Shown in pieces: positions 63,168-64,000 of a stretch of 64,000 nt of DNA. The DNA is taken from positions 80,789 to 144,788 of the forward strand of contig JAVEXP010000002.1 of the NCBI GenBank assembly GCA_034003985.1, written 5' to 3'. A model generated the notes under the pieces. That model was not told where the DNA came from. It made no database searches and saw only the letters and a program-made list of their open reading frames with translations. Position 1 is the stretch's first letter. Each line of letters starts with the position of its first letter. This DNA comes from Patescibacteria group bacterium. Its GTDB lineage: Bacteria > Patescibacteriota > Patescibacteriia > Buchananbacterales > UBA6539. Both the position numbers and the translations under genes were made by a program.

Positions 63168-63950
63168 TTATGAAAAAGATAAATCATTATATTTAGGTGG
63201 ATTTTCAGTTACTTTCCAAACAAAATAATTTTGATCGATATTAAAGACCGTTTGTCCTTCCATTTGTTGCCTGGTTATCCAATTAATACTATCATCATCA
63301 ATTTTGTTTATTTCCACAAAAGCAACTTGACCATTGTATAAATCAAAATGAATTACCACTGATGAAATATTTTTTTCTCTTTTAATCTTTTTAGCTTCCA
63401 AAACCTTATGTTGTTTTATGTCATTTATTCCTTGAAAGCCTGATTGAACTTCAACTCTTATCTTTTCGCCATTTTTTAAATTGATTTGCAAATCTGCTTT
63501 TGGTGTTCTTTTGAAAGTTTCAATATTTAATAAATCATCATCTCCGATTAAATCGATATTTTTGATGTCGACATCAAAAACTTGACTTAAAGCATTCAAA
63601 AAATAAGAAGAAATTACAAAACCCCTCATCCATGAAAAATAAACTTCCTCGGGTCTTCTGCCTTGATTATTTAACTTTGGAATAATGTTGTGCTTTTTCA
63701 ATTTTTCAAAAACTATTTTTATATTTTTATCACAAAACAAATTTATATTTTTTACTTTAATGTTGTCTACTACTAAATCATTAATTTTTGCGACAATTTC
63801 AAGAAGTCTATTATTCAGCAAATTAATATAGTCATAATCAATTGTTGGGGTTATGTCTTTCGCGGCAAAAAATATTTTAACCCCGTTTTGGTTTGTAAAG
63901 CCAAGTTTTTCCCTGTACTCTTTGAAGTATCTTGTATTGATTGGTGTCAT
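63168..63950 (-). CDS. Putative Type II restriction endonuclease partner of the C5-methyltransferase (no recognisable family)
   Basis: 260-aa ORF immediately upstream of and co-oriented with the MTase (9-nt gap), same AT-rich composition; assignment by context only. Confidence 0.35.
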   Translation of the reverse strand: MTPINTRYFKEYREKLGFTNQNGVKIFFAAKDITPTIDYDYINLLNNRLLEIVAKINDLVVDNIKVKNINLFCDKNIKIVFEKLKKHNIIPKLNNQGRRPEEVYFSWMRGFVISSYFLNALSQVFDVDIKNIDLIGDDDLLNIETFKRTPKADLQINLKNGEKIRVEVQSGFQGINDIKQHKVLEAKKIKREKNISSVVIHFDLYNGQVAFVEINKIDDDSINWITRQQMEGQTVFNIDQNYFVWKVTENPPKYNDLSFS

Positions 63951-64000
63951 ATTTTTCCTCGTAAAAAATAAAAGTTATTTGTACTACATAAGTTTTGTTA

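Overview
Low-GC (~40%) bacterial chromosome segment with compact, co-directional, often 1-4 nt overlapping genes; the gene content looks like Candidate Phyla Radiation/Patescibacteria (inference only: minimal type IV pilus genes, excisionase-family HTH regulators, DUF5667-type anti-sigma, many GT-C/GT4 enzymes). Left 11 kb is housekeeping (IscS/NifS-like cysteine desulfurase, MnmA, two Nudix hydrolases, tRNA-Pro(CGG), RarA, PilT plus a type IV pilin, a PDZ/HtrA-like protein). From ~12 kb to ~61 kb the window is essentially one large cell-surface glycosylation region. It starts with an ECF sigma/anti-sigma pair, then a long structured leader and a 1232-aa Thr/Ser/Ala-rich secreted protein (S-layer/adhesin-like), then two paralogous PMT/ArnT-like GT-C membrane glycosyltransferases separated by a TPR protein. 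Next comes a nucleotide-sugar and GT4 operon (UDP-sugar 6-dehydrogenase, uronate 4-epimerase, six GT4s, a Nudix). An ~18-kb operon follows, headed by a small HTH regulator: MsbA/PglK-like ABC exporter, a near-complete CMP-pseudaminic acid pathway (PseB, PseC, PseF, PseI, PseH-like; PseG not recognised) with extra enzymes, a LicC-like nucleotidyltransferase fused to a CobD/HisC-like PLP enzyme, SAM methyltransferases, LicD, and a KpsC/KpsS-like protein. Downstream are a WbaP-like priming phosphoglycosyltransferase, an O-antigen-ligase (Wzy_C) protein with a C-terminal TPR domain, a secreted S8 protease carrying FG-GAP repeats, GtrA, UDP-xylose synthase and two GT2s. The right end holds a GC-rich orphan ORF with its own strong promoter, a MazG-like gene and an AT-rich cytosine-5 methyltransferase with a putative restriction partner. 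No CRISPR, integrase or transposase was seen. All product calls rest on motifs read from the translations and would need HMM/BLAST confirmation.
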